The position numbers and the translations under genes were made by a program. The notes beneath the pieces were generated by a model that saw only the letters and a list, made by a program, of their open reading frames with translations, made no database searches and had not been told where the DNA came from. A stretch of DNA of 64,000 nucleotides, taken from positions 23,436,001 to 23,500,000 of the forward strand of contig CP158635.1 in assembly GCA_050273025.1 (NCBI GenBank), read 5' to 3'. Shown here one piece after another: positions 38,301-52,165 of the stretch (its first letter is position 1; every line of letters begins with the position of its first letter). The DNA is from Cenococcum geophilum (Eukaryota).

Positions 38301-40911
38301 CTAAGGAAGCTATTTATCTTAAGCTTTCTTATTACATATCTTTTACTATTTAGTTGCGCCTTAATATCTAGATCTAGCTATATCTAAATAGGGATATGGT
38401 CTAAGGCGAGTGCCCATTTTTCTTTAGGGTTATACCTTTCAAGTCTCTAGTATAGGCCTTCGTCTATAAATGTAAGGTTAATTATACTTCTAGCGGTGCC
38501 TTATTGCTATATAATTGCTCCTAGGGGGGTAGCTAGCTTAAGGCTCTAAGTATCTATAGCTCTTAATAGGCACTCTGCCTATTATTTAGCAGCAATATAG
38601 ATACCCCCCTACCGTAGGTAGTAGAGGTTTATATCTCCTAATAGGATAAACTCTATACCTTCGGTTTCTAGTAAGCTTATTACCGATATAATATTCTTTA
38701 TTTATAGGACCCCTTCGACCCTAGGGTTATATACATTAATAATCTATACTAGTCCCCTATATATCTAGATTATTATAACTATAATATCTAGGTTAACTGC
38801 CTGCTATAACTATAAGGATAAGCTAATAGCCTTACTAATTATAAAGCATACGCGTATAGCTGCTTTTGGTTTATATAGGAGCTAGAATCCTTAGGGGCAG
38901 TATGTTAATTATATGTAGGCATTATAATACGGCTCTTGTATAGTAAGGATATAGTATTTCTCTAGGTCTAGGCTATCTAGTAAGGGCCTTATAAGACGGT
39001 GGTTTGTATTGCCGCAGTTATACTATATAATAGATAGGTAGCGGACCCCCGGCGAGGGTTCTTCGCCTCTCCTTTATTCCTCGCTTTTTCTATTTCCACC
39101 TTCTCTAAAATATTTAGAACTTCTATCTCTTATATCTACACCCTAGTTACTACTTATTTTATATAGAGCTTTCTATTCCTATATCTTGTGTTCCTACTAG
39201 CGCTTCTATATTTAAATCTATTATTGTCTTTAGTTCTTCCCCTATTCTTACTAATTAGCTATATACCCTTTAAGAGTTAGCTATAAATATTATGTTTATC
39301 GCGTTAAGTCTAATTCTTAATTGTCCTGGTCTTAAGCTTACTATAGCTGTCTATAAGGGTCTTCCTATAGGGCGTCCTCTCCCTTATATTCCCTGTAACC
39401 CTTATATCCCTATATAGTCTAGTAATATTACGCGGCGTCACTTCTGGCCCGTTAAGGCTTGGGATGGCTAGCCTAGCCCCCTAGTATTAAAGGTAGGAAA
39501 CGCTAGAAAGGTACCTGCGCCCCCCTAGCTTATCGCCTGTTATTTCCATTTATATAACCTAGCGTATAGTTATTCTCGTAGCTGTTAAGCCCTTACCTTC
39601 CGTCTCCTATATTTAATACAGTCTTCTCTCTCCCACGCCTTATATGTGCTTTAGTGGCAGTTTACGCATTTTATTTAGTCTTAATTTAAGTAGTATTTTA
39701 TATTATAGGGGCCTGTATAGTGGCCGCAGCACACCTATACTGCGTATATGGATTAGGTGTGTCCCTATTATATATAGCGATAGCATTATTTTAGGCGGAG
39801 TTTATAATTATAGAGCTTTACGTCGTATATAAGGCCATTTATAATAATACCTTTTTAAATAAGGAGTTTTTGCATCCCTAGTGTATATATACTAATAATA
39901 AGGGAGCTATACGTTTAACCAGCGTCTCCCTAGCGAGTTTCTAGCAACCCTTATGTCCTCTCATTATTCTCGTTATATACTTAGTTTACATTTTCCTATT
40001 AAAGCTATTAAATTTAGGTAATCTTAAGTCCTAGTATAAGGCGTTCCGTTTGTTTTACTATCTTATATATAGTTACTGTATTATCCGCCTGGCGTCCTTT
40101 TTCTACCCTAAGGCTTAGGGGGACCGCTAGGACTTTAACTGAGTAGTCTTCACAGAGTACTTTTATGCTAATACATTCTCCTAGCCTGTCCCCTACCTTT
40201 ACGGCTTATTTCTTTGCCTATTAGTCCCTTAAGGTAACTCTAATATCTCCGCTCCTAAGGTATTGGACTATAACAGCGTTATAGACCTCTTTACGAATCT
40301 TTATAAGGACTTCTGTTTCTAATTATCCCCTAAGCCCCTCTACTTTTTCTATATTTGGTTATATTATAATTATATACCCAGTTATTATCTTTAGGGGGGT
40401 AGATACCCTATGCTATAAAAGCGCAGCTACGGCAGCCTAGGTGCGGTTCGCCGGTAAGGAGGGATTTTATTTATTTATAATTTTGCTTAGCCGTTAAAGG
40501 ATTTAATTAAGGGTTTATTAGAGGGGCGCCTAAGGTTTGCTAGACTAGCGGAGCCATTCTACTAGCTACATTAGTTTGTTATGGCTAACGGTTACTCCCC
40601 CGTAACTACGGATACTAGACGCGTCTAATAGGCTTTGTATTTTATTAGATGCCTTCTTAATAGAGGTCTTCCCGCTTTATAGTGTGGTATTCGCCTATTC
40701 TTATTGTGGAGGTCTATTGCTAGGTGTGGTTCTAGTGGACGCGCGCGAATACGAACCACCGTCGCTCGACGTGTGCCTCCCCTGCAATGCATGCATCTCA
40801 GGGGGATTCTCTAGGTGTTTTTCAGGGTTCTTTTGGTTGGTTTTGGTCTTTTTAGGCCAGGTGCAGCAAGAGCTCCCTTAGAAACATTTATTATATTATT
40901 ATATAGTTTAT
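35320..40911 (-). mobile_element. Tad1-like LINE copy 3, apparently full length (gag-like ORF1 with zinc knuckles plus EN-RT ORF2)
   Basis: 16-bp TSD CTAACTATTTTATATA at 35304-35319 and 40912-40927. Cys/His knuckle remnants at ~39620-39800. ORF2 colinear with copy 2. Confidence 0.9.
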
Positions 40912-43252
40912 CTAACTATTTTATATATCTCTAACGCTAGAACGCTTTAAGTAATATACTTACTTTTAGTTAAGCTCTAGTGGATAAAATTACCATAAAT
41001 TATAAAGTTATTCTCTTTAGTAAATTCGTTTATAATAATAATTTTATATCCTAGCTAAGGGCTAAAATCTTTATTATTTATAAATAATTTATTAATAAAT
41101 ACAAAGAGTTTAGTAGTAGGAAGATTAATAGGTATATAGAGTAGTCCCTAATTAAAGTGGTTTATTTACTAAAAAAGACGTTTATTTAGGGTAAGAACGT
41201 TATTTTTAGTTAGTTTTTAGTATTAGGCGGCAATAGAGAGATTAAATAAAGCCTTAGGTTAATAAATAGAAGTAATATATACTCCGTAAGCGCGTTACTC
41301 TATATATTTTTACTTTAGAGAATTAATATTATTAATATTAATCTTCTTACCTTAACCCTTCTAGCGTAAAGTAATAGAATCCTTATTTAGGGCGAGGATA
41401 TATCTATTAAAAAGTAATAGTATTATTAAATTAAGCTTTTCCTTTAGCTTTACTATAAGATTTACCTTTACTAGCTTATCTTCTTTAAGAGCTAAAAATT
41501 AGTCATCTCCTAAGATAATTCTAAACAGAGTTCCTATAGTTATAATATGGAAGTAGGGATTAAATATAGAAGTAGTTATTAAAAGCTTCTCTTTATAGTG
41601 CTTACTATAGGTAGCCTACTAATAAGTTCCTACCTCTACAATTCTATATAATAGCTTAAGCATAACTATAATTATATCTTCGGGATATTAGTAGCGAATT
41701 TACTCTAAAAGGTATGCTAATATTAAGTGCTAAAGGTGCGTCTCTAATTAGGTATAGGCCTAGGTAATATTTTATAAATAAACCGCTATTTTATTCTTTA
41801 TTAAGGAGGGAGCTAGCGTAATAATAACTTGTTAACTAGCTTATTAAATTATAAGGGATTACGTAAGAATTACCTCCTTACTATTATTATTATAACCTTA
41901 AATAATAAGCCTTAATTTCTTAAATAGGGCGTTAGTAGCTTTACCCTTAATCTTATTAATTATTCTTAACTTAAAGATATAAACTCCATTAAACTTAATA
42001 AGGTTATACTTCTTAAATTTAAAAACTCCTCTTATAATAAGACTATTAATCTCCTACTTATTAAATACTTAAAAAGGAGCTCTAGAGGTTATAATATAAC
42101 CTTCCTTTTAGAGCTGTTTTGCGAGCTTAAAGTTAGCCTTCTCTTTAGCTATTATAAAGGTCATTAATAACTTAACTCTATTCTTAATAGCGGCAATAAA
42201 TTATTCTTTAAAATTAATAAGATATTAGTAATTTTATAATCCCTTTAGGCGACCTTTACCGCATCGTAGTTGCGGAACCTCTACTATAATTATATTAGAA
42301 TTATAGTTACCTTTTAAAGTATATTAATTATAGTTTTCCTTTAGGGCATCCTATAAAGGCTTAGAACTATTATCCTTATAATAAGGCTTAATAACGGTTA
42401 AATAGAATTAAGTAGGTCTATAAGGTATTTAAATAGTATAAGTTTAACTATTAATTATAATAAGTTAATATGGGCCTAACTACCTTCCCTTTTTACGCTA
42501 TATGCGTACCTTAAACTAAAGTAGTAGATTAAGCATAGTTAAGGTGTTTAGGCTATTTCTTATTCCTAGTACATCGTTAACCTAGCATATAGCGTAGAGA
42601 TATTATACCTTCTTCATTACCTTATAAATAGCCTTAGCTTATTATATAACGGAAGAAAATAGTAAAGAATTATTAGTTATTTAAGGGTAGGCGCTAAAGA
42701 CTAGTAATATAGGTATAAGTTTATCTAGGCTAGCGGAATTACTAATAGCTTTAATAGCTATTTATAAGGTAAGTTTTTTACTAGCATTCTCTAGTTCTAA
42801 AGAGATAATCTTATATACGCGGCGTAATAGCATATAATATCGCTCCACTTTTTTAATACTATTATATGCCTTAATAGGGACTTCCTTAACCTTAATTGCT
42901 ATTGCCTTTATCTATTATTAAAACTTTATAGATAAGAAGTTCTTTCCTATATTATAGACGATTTAATTAGGGGGTCCTAAATAGATATTAATTTAGTATA
43001 ACTAAAGGGTATCTTATATATTTTTAGCTAATATATCTTTTAAGAAACGTATAGCTTAAAAGGAGGTTAAGAAGTTAATAACTTAGAGTACTGGCTTACT
43101 GCTAAGATATATAACGTTAATAATAATATAGAAGTTAAAGTTATAGTTATCTTTAAGGGTAAACTTAAATCGGCTAGGGGACTTCTAGTTTATTTAGTAG
43201 TAATAGTAGTACCCTATAAGATACTTAATTGCTTTAATCTTAACTTTATAAC

Positions 43253-44818
43253 TGTTAGTTATATAAGGGGATATTATATAGCTACGGTTTGTAGATAGTA
43301 TAATAATTGTTATTATATATTTTTTTCCTACTTAAGAAAGGGCGAGGAGCTTAAGGCTCCTCGCTACGCTAGTGCCGCGGCAATATATAATGGCAACTTA
43401 CCTTACGTAACGGCAACTTACCTCGCGTAATAGTAACTTACCTATATTTCTAACACTAGCAACTCTTCTTTTGTAGTTGCTATATATATATATACACCAC
43501 TTAACTAGTGTAATAAATATTAATTCTTTTTACTTACTATTGCTATTATAATATAAGTCTCGCTATTCTAAAATTTGCCTTTTAGTATATAGTGCTTTCT
43601 TACTTAGGAGTTATAGGTAGATATCTTATTTAGAGGGCCGCTAAGGCGCTAGTAGTAAGTAAGCTAATAGTAATTTTCTATCCTGGAGATGGAAAATCCT
43701 AATTAGCTAGGTTAAGTTAGGGTCTATAGAATATTATACTCCCCCCTTTAAAAAAGTCTTAGTAAGAGAATCTAACTAATTAAATAACTTTAACCGCTAG
43801 TTAAAGTTCCTAGATATCTTAAGACCTTATATAACTAAGAAATTTCTAAAAACTCCCTTTTAACCTAACCTTTAACTTATATATATAGAGTATTTATATT
43901 AATAAACATCTCTAGTGCCTTATTTAGGTTCGCCTTTATTATTATATCTACCGGGTTATCTTAGCTATTAATTTATTAAATTTTAAAGAGTTTTTAACGC
44001 TTATAGGATTACTAAAGTGCTATAATATCGATTATAAGGCGCTTTTCCTTTATAGTACTAAGCTTAACTAAACACTTATAAAGGGAATATAAGTCGGTAT
44101 ATATAATTATAGGGATAATAGGAAGTGCGAGTTAATCTATAATTATCTTTAGGGTAGTTCTAATTATAATTACTATATTAACTCTGCTAATTATTTTATA
44201 TATCTCTAACACTAAAACACTTTAGGTAACGCGCTTACTTTTAGTTAAGCTCTAATAGATAAGATTACTATAAATTATAAAGTTATTCTCTCTAGTAAAT
44301 TTATTCGCGATAATAATCTTATATCCTAACTAGGAGCTAAAATCTTTATTATTTATAAATAATCTATTAATAAATATAAAGAGCTTAGCGGTAGGAAGAT
44401 TAATAGGTACGTAGAGTAGTCCCTAATTAAGATAGTTTATTTACTAAAAAAGACGTTTATTTAGGGTAAGAATATTATCCTTAGTTAGTTCCTAGTGTTA
44501 GGTGGTAATAAAGAGATTAAATAAAGCCTTAGGTTAATAGATAGAAGTAATATAAGCTCCGTAAGCGCGTTACTCTATATATCCTTACTTTAGGAAATTA
44601 ACGTTAATAACGTTAATCTTTTTACCTTAACCCTTTTAGCGTAAAGCAATAGAATCCTTATTTAGGGAGAGGATATATTTATTAAAAAGTAATAGTGTTA
44701 TTAAATTAAGCTTTTCCTTTAGCTTTGCTATAAGATTTACCTTTACTAGCTTATCCTCTTTAAGAGTTAAGAATTGGTTATCTCTTAAGATAATTATATT
44801 ATTAGTTTATATACTAAT
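43253..44818 (-). mobile_element. Copia copy C (same family as A and B): 3' LTR, 3' UTR, RNase H and part of RT
   Basis: LTR 43253-43455 (TGTT...AACA). Sequence repeats the 3' part of copy B. Cut by element D next to the QTDD codons. Confidence 0.88.
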
Positions 44819-45626
44819 TGTATAATTACAGCACCTGTACCGACCGCGTGCTCACGCGTTCGGTACACCAGGTACGCGTTTACGCATTCAATGCACCAAC
44901 TACTCGCTTACGCGTCTGGTGCACTTATAAAGCACTAACTAATTAGGGGGAGGCGCGTCAGTATATAGACCACGTAGTCTACCTTAATAGAATCGACAGT
45001 CACCATCATCCAAAAGAGCATACGATACTATACGTATTTCGTGCCCCTAGATCTGACTCACTTATGCTATTAAGTTAGTACGAACACTGATTAGTAAGCG
45101 CGCACAGATTAGCAATTACTTAACACCTCCCACCGAGAGATACACGACAGCGACCACCCGTTTAGACTTCTAGTACGACCTGCTAGAAGGTCGGAAGTTG
45201 GGGATTACGGACTATCACTAACTCTGTATACTTATTTAAGTCTTAGTACGGTTTACCGGAAGTTATAAACGCGAATATAGACCTTTACGGAACCCCCTAT
45301 CCTTAACCCCCTTAAACCTTAAACCTCTTCGGACCTTACGGAAACCCCCTACCCTTCTATAAACCGCTATAGACCCGTTAATTGCCTTTACGGACCACTA
45401 TAAGACCCCTTAAACTGTTACGGACTCGTTAATTGATTTTACGGACCGTTATAAGACCTCCTCTACCCGCTATAAGCTACTACGACCCGCCACAGCTTAT
45501 ATAGATATATAACGCTATATAATATAGCAGATATAAGCAAGCAAATCAGTAAAGGTCAAAAGAAGTAGAGCTAAGGAGTTGACCTCACGTCTACGGACGA
45601 CGTTAACAACTATATTAATTTTAAAA

Positions 45627-48600
45627 TGTCACGGAGTGAGTACAAGCGACGATAATATATAGCAAGATAGATATTATTAAGCTATATACATGAACTGTGT
45701 AAGGAGGTTAAGACGTTACGTAAGGAAAGAAGGTAGGAAAACGGGAAGAAAGGGCATATATTGTTGACTTGGTTGCTTAGTTAACACGTATATAGGTAGA
45801 ATAGGGTTTAAGTTGTGGTCCTGGCAGAACTTGGTAGAATTTAATAGAACTTGGTAGAATATAGCAGAATACCGTAGATTGCCGTTAGATTGCTATTAGA
45901 TTGCCATTAAATTGCTATTTCGCGGTTAGTTTCTAATTGCTAAGTTAGTGGAAATAGGTGGATGTGTGTAAGGTGTTACGGGGGTGTCCCGTAATAGTAC
46001 CCCCCCTTTAAACTCGAGCTTCTGCGAGATAGGGCTGTGGTAGTTCTAGGTAGAGTTTATAAAAGTCTTCTATAGCTTATATAAGTCCTATAGAGTTAAC
46101 GGGTTCCCATAAGGACTTAGTAAAGCCTCTCTATTTCGTAAGATATATATATTAGCGTTTCTGTTTATTATACTTAATATTATTAATTCTTTTAATAAAG
46201 TACTCATTCTTACCATCCACTTTAACTAGTAGGGGAGGGTCTTATATCTGTCTAGGCAGGGCGTCTAATACAGGGGTAGTAGGGCGGAGGACTGACGTAT
46301 GGAATACGGGGTGGATTTTAACCGTATTAGGGAGCTTTAGTTGGTAGGTATAAGGAGAGATAACCTTTTTAACCTTATAAGGGCCAGCGTTCTTTTAATT
46401 AAGTTTCTTAGTAGGTCGTTTCATGTTTAGATTTCTTATATCTAGCTAGACGAAATTGCTAATTTAGTAGGCCGGTGCTAGGGTTTGTTTCTTATTCGCT
46501 GCAGCTTTATAGATAGATTAAGCCTATATTATCTTATTAGTAAGAAACTGTTATAGTTCCTCCATCTTCTTTATGAATTTATTTGCTTCTATAACTTATA
46601 AGGCGTAATAAGTAGGGTAAGAAACATTACTAAAGGGTTTAAAACCTATTCGTAGGTGCTAGCCGTAATTGGCTAGGAATAGGGAGACTTTCGTAGTTTC
46701 TAAGACGGAATTATTTGTAGTAAACTTAGTGAATATAAGCCAGTTAATCTAGTTATTCTATAAATATGACGTGTATATCCAAATATACTATTCCATTATA
46801 GCATTTACGTATTTCGTTTGGCCATCCATTTCTAGGTAATACGCGGTAGATAATAGTGCTTTAATACAAAGTCGAGTAGTTAGTTCTTTCTAGAATATTA
46901 AGACAAACTAGCTGCCTTTATCGGAGATAATCGTTTTAGGGAGTCTATGGAGTTTCTATACGTAATCTAGGAATAGTTAGGCAACGGTAGGTGTTAATAT
47001 ATTGGGGCAGGCGATTAAGTGTCTTATTTTAGATAGTTGGTTTATAACTACTATAATGTTTATACAGCCTCTACTATTAGGAAGGTCAATAATAAAGTTA
47101 ATTAAGATATCCTTCTATCTTTGGTCCGGAACAGGCAGCGGCTTTAAAAGACCGTTATATGTCTCGTGTAAGGCTTTAGCTCGTTAGCAGGTATAGTAGC
47201 TAAAGACGTACCTTTGTATTATATTATATATATTCAGCTAATAATACTCCCGTTAGAGTAGTTCTAGGGTCTTTCCTTAGCCTAGGTGGCCGGCGATAGG
47301 TAGATTATATACGTGTTTAAGGAGTTTAAGCTTAAGCTTATTGTAATTAGGGATAACTAGACGGTTTTAGTAATATAAGCGGTTTCTGCAGGCTTTATAT
47401 TTACTTAGAGAAATCTTTTTAGAGCGTTTAATGCCATCTTATATTAGCTTAAGCGTCTCTTAAATAAACTCGTTATTTGGGTATTTATTAACTATAATCT
47501 ATTTAATCGATTAATTAGTTATTTTAAGGACGTATACTGTAAGATCTTTAGTAGGAGGGTTAAATAGTTTAGGGCGAAGTAGGGTCTAATTTCGGTAAGA
47601 GCGCGCTTCTTCTAGGGCTGGCGCGTCTTGCGAGCGTTGGGTTAGGGTATTAGGCTTCTAACCTTAGATGCCTAGGCGGTACGTAATTAAGAATTGGAAA
47701 CGAGATAGATATTTTAACTAGCGGGCCTAATAATAACTTAGCTGTTTTATAGTTATAAAGTACTGTAGGTTTTTATGGTTGCTAAGGACCTTAATTAGAA
47801 ATCCAGCGCCTTTTAGTTCGGGTTGCCATTATTTAAAACACCTAATAATAGCTAACAATTCCTTATTATAGATCTTATAGTTATATTTAGCTAGGCTTAG
47901 TCGTTTTAAGAAGTATATTACGGGGTATAATACTCCATCCTCATTATATTAAGACAGGATGCCTCTAGTGACATAGTTAGATAAGTCGGCTTTTATAACA
48001 CTTATTTGGTTTAGGTTAAAGTGTTAGAGTATAGGCGTAGTAGTAAATATAACCTTTAGATAAGCAAAGGCCTTTTTATATTCCTTATTAAAGATAAAGA
48101 CTTTATCCTTTTAGGTTAAAGCTATAAGGGGTGAAACCAGGGCGGAGAAGTTATTAATAAACTATTAGTAGAAATTAGTAAATCCTATAAAGGCTTTTAC
48201 GTCCTTAACGTTCTTAGGTTCTTGCCAGTTTATAATTACTTTAACTTTCTTTAGGTCTATTTATATACCGTTTATAGAAATAAGGAGTCTAAGGTATAGG
48301 ACTTCCGTTTTATAGAACTCGTATTTATCTATATCCAATTATAGACTAGCTCCGTACAGGGCTTATAAAATAAGGTTAACATGTTTCTAATATTTAGTTA
48401 GGTTATTACTGTATATTAGGATATCGTTAATATAAGCAGTACAAAAGATATCTAGGTAGGGGCGCAGGGTATCGTTTATATAATGTTAAAACGAGCTTAG
48501 GGCGTTTGCGAGGCCGAAGGGTGTTATTAAATACTTAAATAGTCTATATTGGGTACGAAATATAGTAAGCCATTTATCCCCTTTTGTAATGCGGAGACGG

Positions 48601-51591
48601 TTAAATATAGAGATAATATTAAGCTTCATGTAGTAACGAGCCTTACTTAGTCGGTTTAGCGTCTCTTATATTAACGGGATCGGATATTAGTTTTTAACGG
48701 TAACGGCGTTAAGAGCTTGGTAGTCTACATAGAAGCGCAGACCGCCGCTAGGTTTCTTAATGAAGATCACTAGTGCGGCTATAGGCGACAAGCTTACTCT
48801 AATAAATCCTTTGCTTAGGTTTTCGTCTAAATACTTTTATAGCACTTAGAGTTTATTTTAGGACATCCTATATAAGGGTCTAAATCCGGGCTGCTTTCCT
48901 TCTTTAAGTATAATCTTATAGTCGTATAGTTGGTGTTTTAGTAGCTTATCGGCTTCCTTTTATAAGAATGCATCTAGGCGATAATAATACTCTATTGGTA
49001 CCTTTATGGTAGGGTTAGTGTGCTTTTTTAGTGCTAAGGCCTTCTTAATATTGGCTATCGTAACAGCAAAGATTGTATATTCGGGTTTCTTAGCAAGTTG
49101 CGCTAGTGGGGTAGCTCCAATCATGCGGATATCTAGGGTGCTAAGCTTGCTCGGATTGTTTATAGTTTCTTATTTAGGTTTAGGTTCGGTATTAGGTATA
49201 GAGTTAGTATTAGATTTGGGTTCGGGTTCTTTAAAAATCCTTTTTATAGTGGAGTACTAATCCTTCTAGTATTTTTGTGTATGGAGCTTAAGCTTTTGCT
49301 TGGCTTAGGGCGGTGCAGTGCTTAGTAATAACTTATGGAATTTAGTGGAGTTTTTGGATTCTTGGTGGATGTCGGTGGAATTCTTACGTTAGTGGAATTT
49401 AGTAGAATTTCTAGGTTAGTAGAATCTGGTGGATTCCTCGGGTACGGGATAGACAGTTATGGAAATTTTAGACTAGTGGATTGTGGTGGATTTTTTGGAT
49501 TTTAGTTCTAGGTCTAAGCAGCGAGTAGTAAGGCACTTCTGCTTATAATAGGAGGCGGTAAATAGAAGCTTAAGGTTGTCCTAATTAATAGTTACCTTAT
49601 ATAGCTTTATTTAGGGTTATCTAAGAATTACTAAGTGGCCTAGGGTGGTAACAAAAAGTTTAATTAATTCTTTATAGTTTAGGTATTGGAGTCTTAGGAA
49701 TACTATATAGGTAATACGGCCTAAGACGGTGCGTTTACCATTAAATCTAAATACGTTAATATGCCGGTTAAGGGGGGTTAGGGTAAAACTATTATCTTAT
49801 ATAAAGATCTTGTTAATAAATCCTATGCCACTAGCTCCTGTATTAATTAGGATTTAAGTATTAGCCTATTAACTATTCTGCTAAAGACGGCAGTTAATAG
49901 TTATGCTATGGTCCCAAGAGTTGGAGTTTGTGACGTTAAATGCGTTTAACGAGATCTTATAGCAGAGCCGTCCTAGAGAGCGACTTAGCTCTAGGACCTT
50001 CCTTTTAGAGGCGATCGGGGTGGGGTTTTTATAGGACGTTGGCTGTAGCTTTATCCTTATAAATGGTGTTTATTAGATACAGGACTAAAACTAGGTAGAG
50101 ATTAGGGACGGTAACCGGAAGATTAATACGGTGAACGGCTGCTAGTGTTAGCCGTTTGTAATTTGTGTTTAGGTATAGGGACGGAGTAGTAGTTAAAGAG
50201 GTAAGAGCTACTTCCACATTTAAAGCAGAGGCCTAGTTTAATGCGTTGTTCTTGTTTAGAGGACCCTAGTGGGGCGTACCCTAGGGTCCTAGTGTTAATA
50301 TCCATAGCGTTAGGGTACTTAGGCTAAGATAATAACTTAGTAGACGTTCGCGGGGTTGCCGTATTGTATTATAGAGCGGGCTTCGGTGTTAGGCGTAGTA
50401 TATTATTATATCGTTTGTTAATAACGTTTACGTAGGCATTAAGGGCTCCCGGTAAGTCTACGCCTATTAGGGAGGTTTTTAGTTTAGGGCTTAGGGATTT
50501 AACGAGGCTGTTAATTAGTGCGGAGTCGTTTCAGCCTATTTCCTTTGCGTAATAGTTAAATTCGGAGAAGTATACTAGGAAACTTTTCGTTCCTTAAGTT
50601 ATGTAGTTTATCTTTCTTTAAGTAGTAGCTTAATGGTTTAGGTTACTATATATAGCTTTAAAAAGTACAACTAGGCTTTATACTAAGTTTGGCTAAAGCG
50701 GTTTAATAAGGTTAGCTATATCTCCTTCTAGTTAACTTAGGGCGTAATAGAGTTAGTTAACTTTAGTTAGGTAACAGTCGGCGTTACTAGTTAGCTTATT
50801 TTTAAGCTAGCTTAGAAATAATTAGAGCTCTTATTGTTTACTAGTAAATACTAGGGGATCTAGTAGTCGTTTAGATCGTTTCGGTGTAGTAGTCGGCTTA
50901 GGGTAAATGGCTACTATAGGTTCGGGGCTCGCGTTCCGCGTGTTTATCTCTAGAGATAGCGTTTAGTCTTAAGGTCCTAGCGTGGGCATCTTAAGGGCGC
51001 GGACTTCTTCTTAGAGGTCCTTAATTAATTGCTAGTATCGTGCTTCTTATTCGGCTTGTCGTTAGTTTAAAGTGGCTTAGTTCTGTTTAAGGGCGTCTAT
51101 AAAAGACTTTTATATCCCTACTAATTATTCTTAGAGTGCGGATATAATGCCGGCGGCTGTTATAGGGGCTTTGGGTTCGTTCTGCATATCAACGGTAGTA
51201 TAGGTAGTTAATATAATGTAGTGTTACGGAGTAAGTATAAGCGACGATAATATATAGCAAGATAGATATTATTAAGCTATATATATAAACTGTGTAAGGA
51301 AGTTAAGACGTTGTGTAAGGAAAGAAGGTAGGAAAATAGGAAGAAAGGGCATATATCGTTAACTTAGTTGCTTGGTTAATACGTACATAGGCAGAATAGG
51401 GTTTAGGTTGTAGTCCTAGCAGAACTTAGCAGAATTTAGTAGAACTTGGCAGAATATGGCAGAATGCCGTAGATTGCCATTAGATTGCCATTAGATTGCC
51501 ATTAAATTGCCATTTCACGGTTAGTCTTTAATTGCTAAGTCGGTGGAAACAGGTAGACGTGTGTAAGGTATTATAGGGGTGTCCCGTAATA
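45627..51591 (-). mobile_element. Gypsy/Ty3 chromovirus E, full length
   Basis: 370-bp LTRs at 45627-45996 and 51222-51591. TSD TAAAA/CAAAA. Polypurine tract GGGGGGGTAC. Order gag-PR-RT(YINDILIYS)-RH-INT(GPY)-chromodomain(WEP). Confidence 0.92.
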
Positions 51592-52049
51592 CAAAATCCT
51601 TAAATACGGACACTATAAGCTTCTAAATAACGACCTATAGGAGTAATATAAGGAAGACTTTGCGGACTTTACGGAAGCTATTCTTAAGACTTATAACCCT
51701 ACTGCTATCTATAACCTACGAACCCTTTTACGTTACTAAGGTGTATAGGCTAAAAAAGATAAACAAGTTACTGTTGCATAGTCCTTATATAATATAATAT
51801 AGGAGGAGGACTAAACAGAATGGACTAAAGAGAAAATCCTAGACTAGGTTAAAGCTATAAATAATCTCTCTGCTTCTCCCAAACTTAATGGCATCGCTGG
51901 CCTTATACCTAACCTACTTAACCAAATTCGTCCTATAAACCCAAGCGATTTTGGAATTAATCTTACGGGCCAAAGCATACCTAGTACCCAAGTTACGGAC
52001 CGTAATACCCCTATAAACTAAAATACGGACTAAAACCCTTCCGTTAACA

Positions 52050-52165
52050 AAGCTATAGATTTACAACCTGCCTAAGTTATAGATCCGTAAGCTATATATC
52101 TATAAACCACATATCCGTAAGCTATATATCCATAAGCCATAGATCCGCAAGTTATAGATCCGCAA
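52050..52165 (+). repeat. About seven degenerate 15-bp tandem repeats in the gag of D (QAIDP-like)
   Basis: Repeated AAGCTATAGATCCGC-like units. Confidence 0.7.

Larger units (their letters stand above)
19354..43252 (-). mobile_element. Copia LTR retrotransposon copy B (segments 19354-19848, 34795-35319, 40912-43252); 5' part expected beyond the window
   Basis: 3' LTR 19354-19746 is the reverse complement of copy A's LTR. 3' UTR, RNase H, RT and integrase segments are reverse-complement homologues of copy A and rejoin across the inserted elements. Confidence 0.85.

Noticed and set aside
45160..45202. GACTTC...GACC...GGTCGGAAGTT in the 5' leader of D as another copy of the second shared palindrome
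   Set aside because: Spacing and position differ and the similarity is too short to support.
19849..52165. Short repeat arrays as CRISPR-like loci
   Set aside because: Eukaryotic context, no unique spacers and no cas genes. They are tandem repeats inside LTRs and gag regions.
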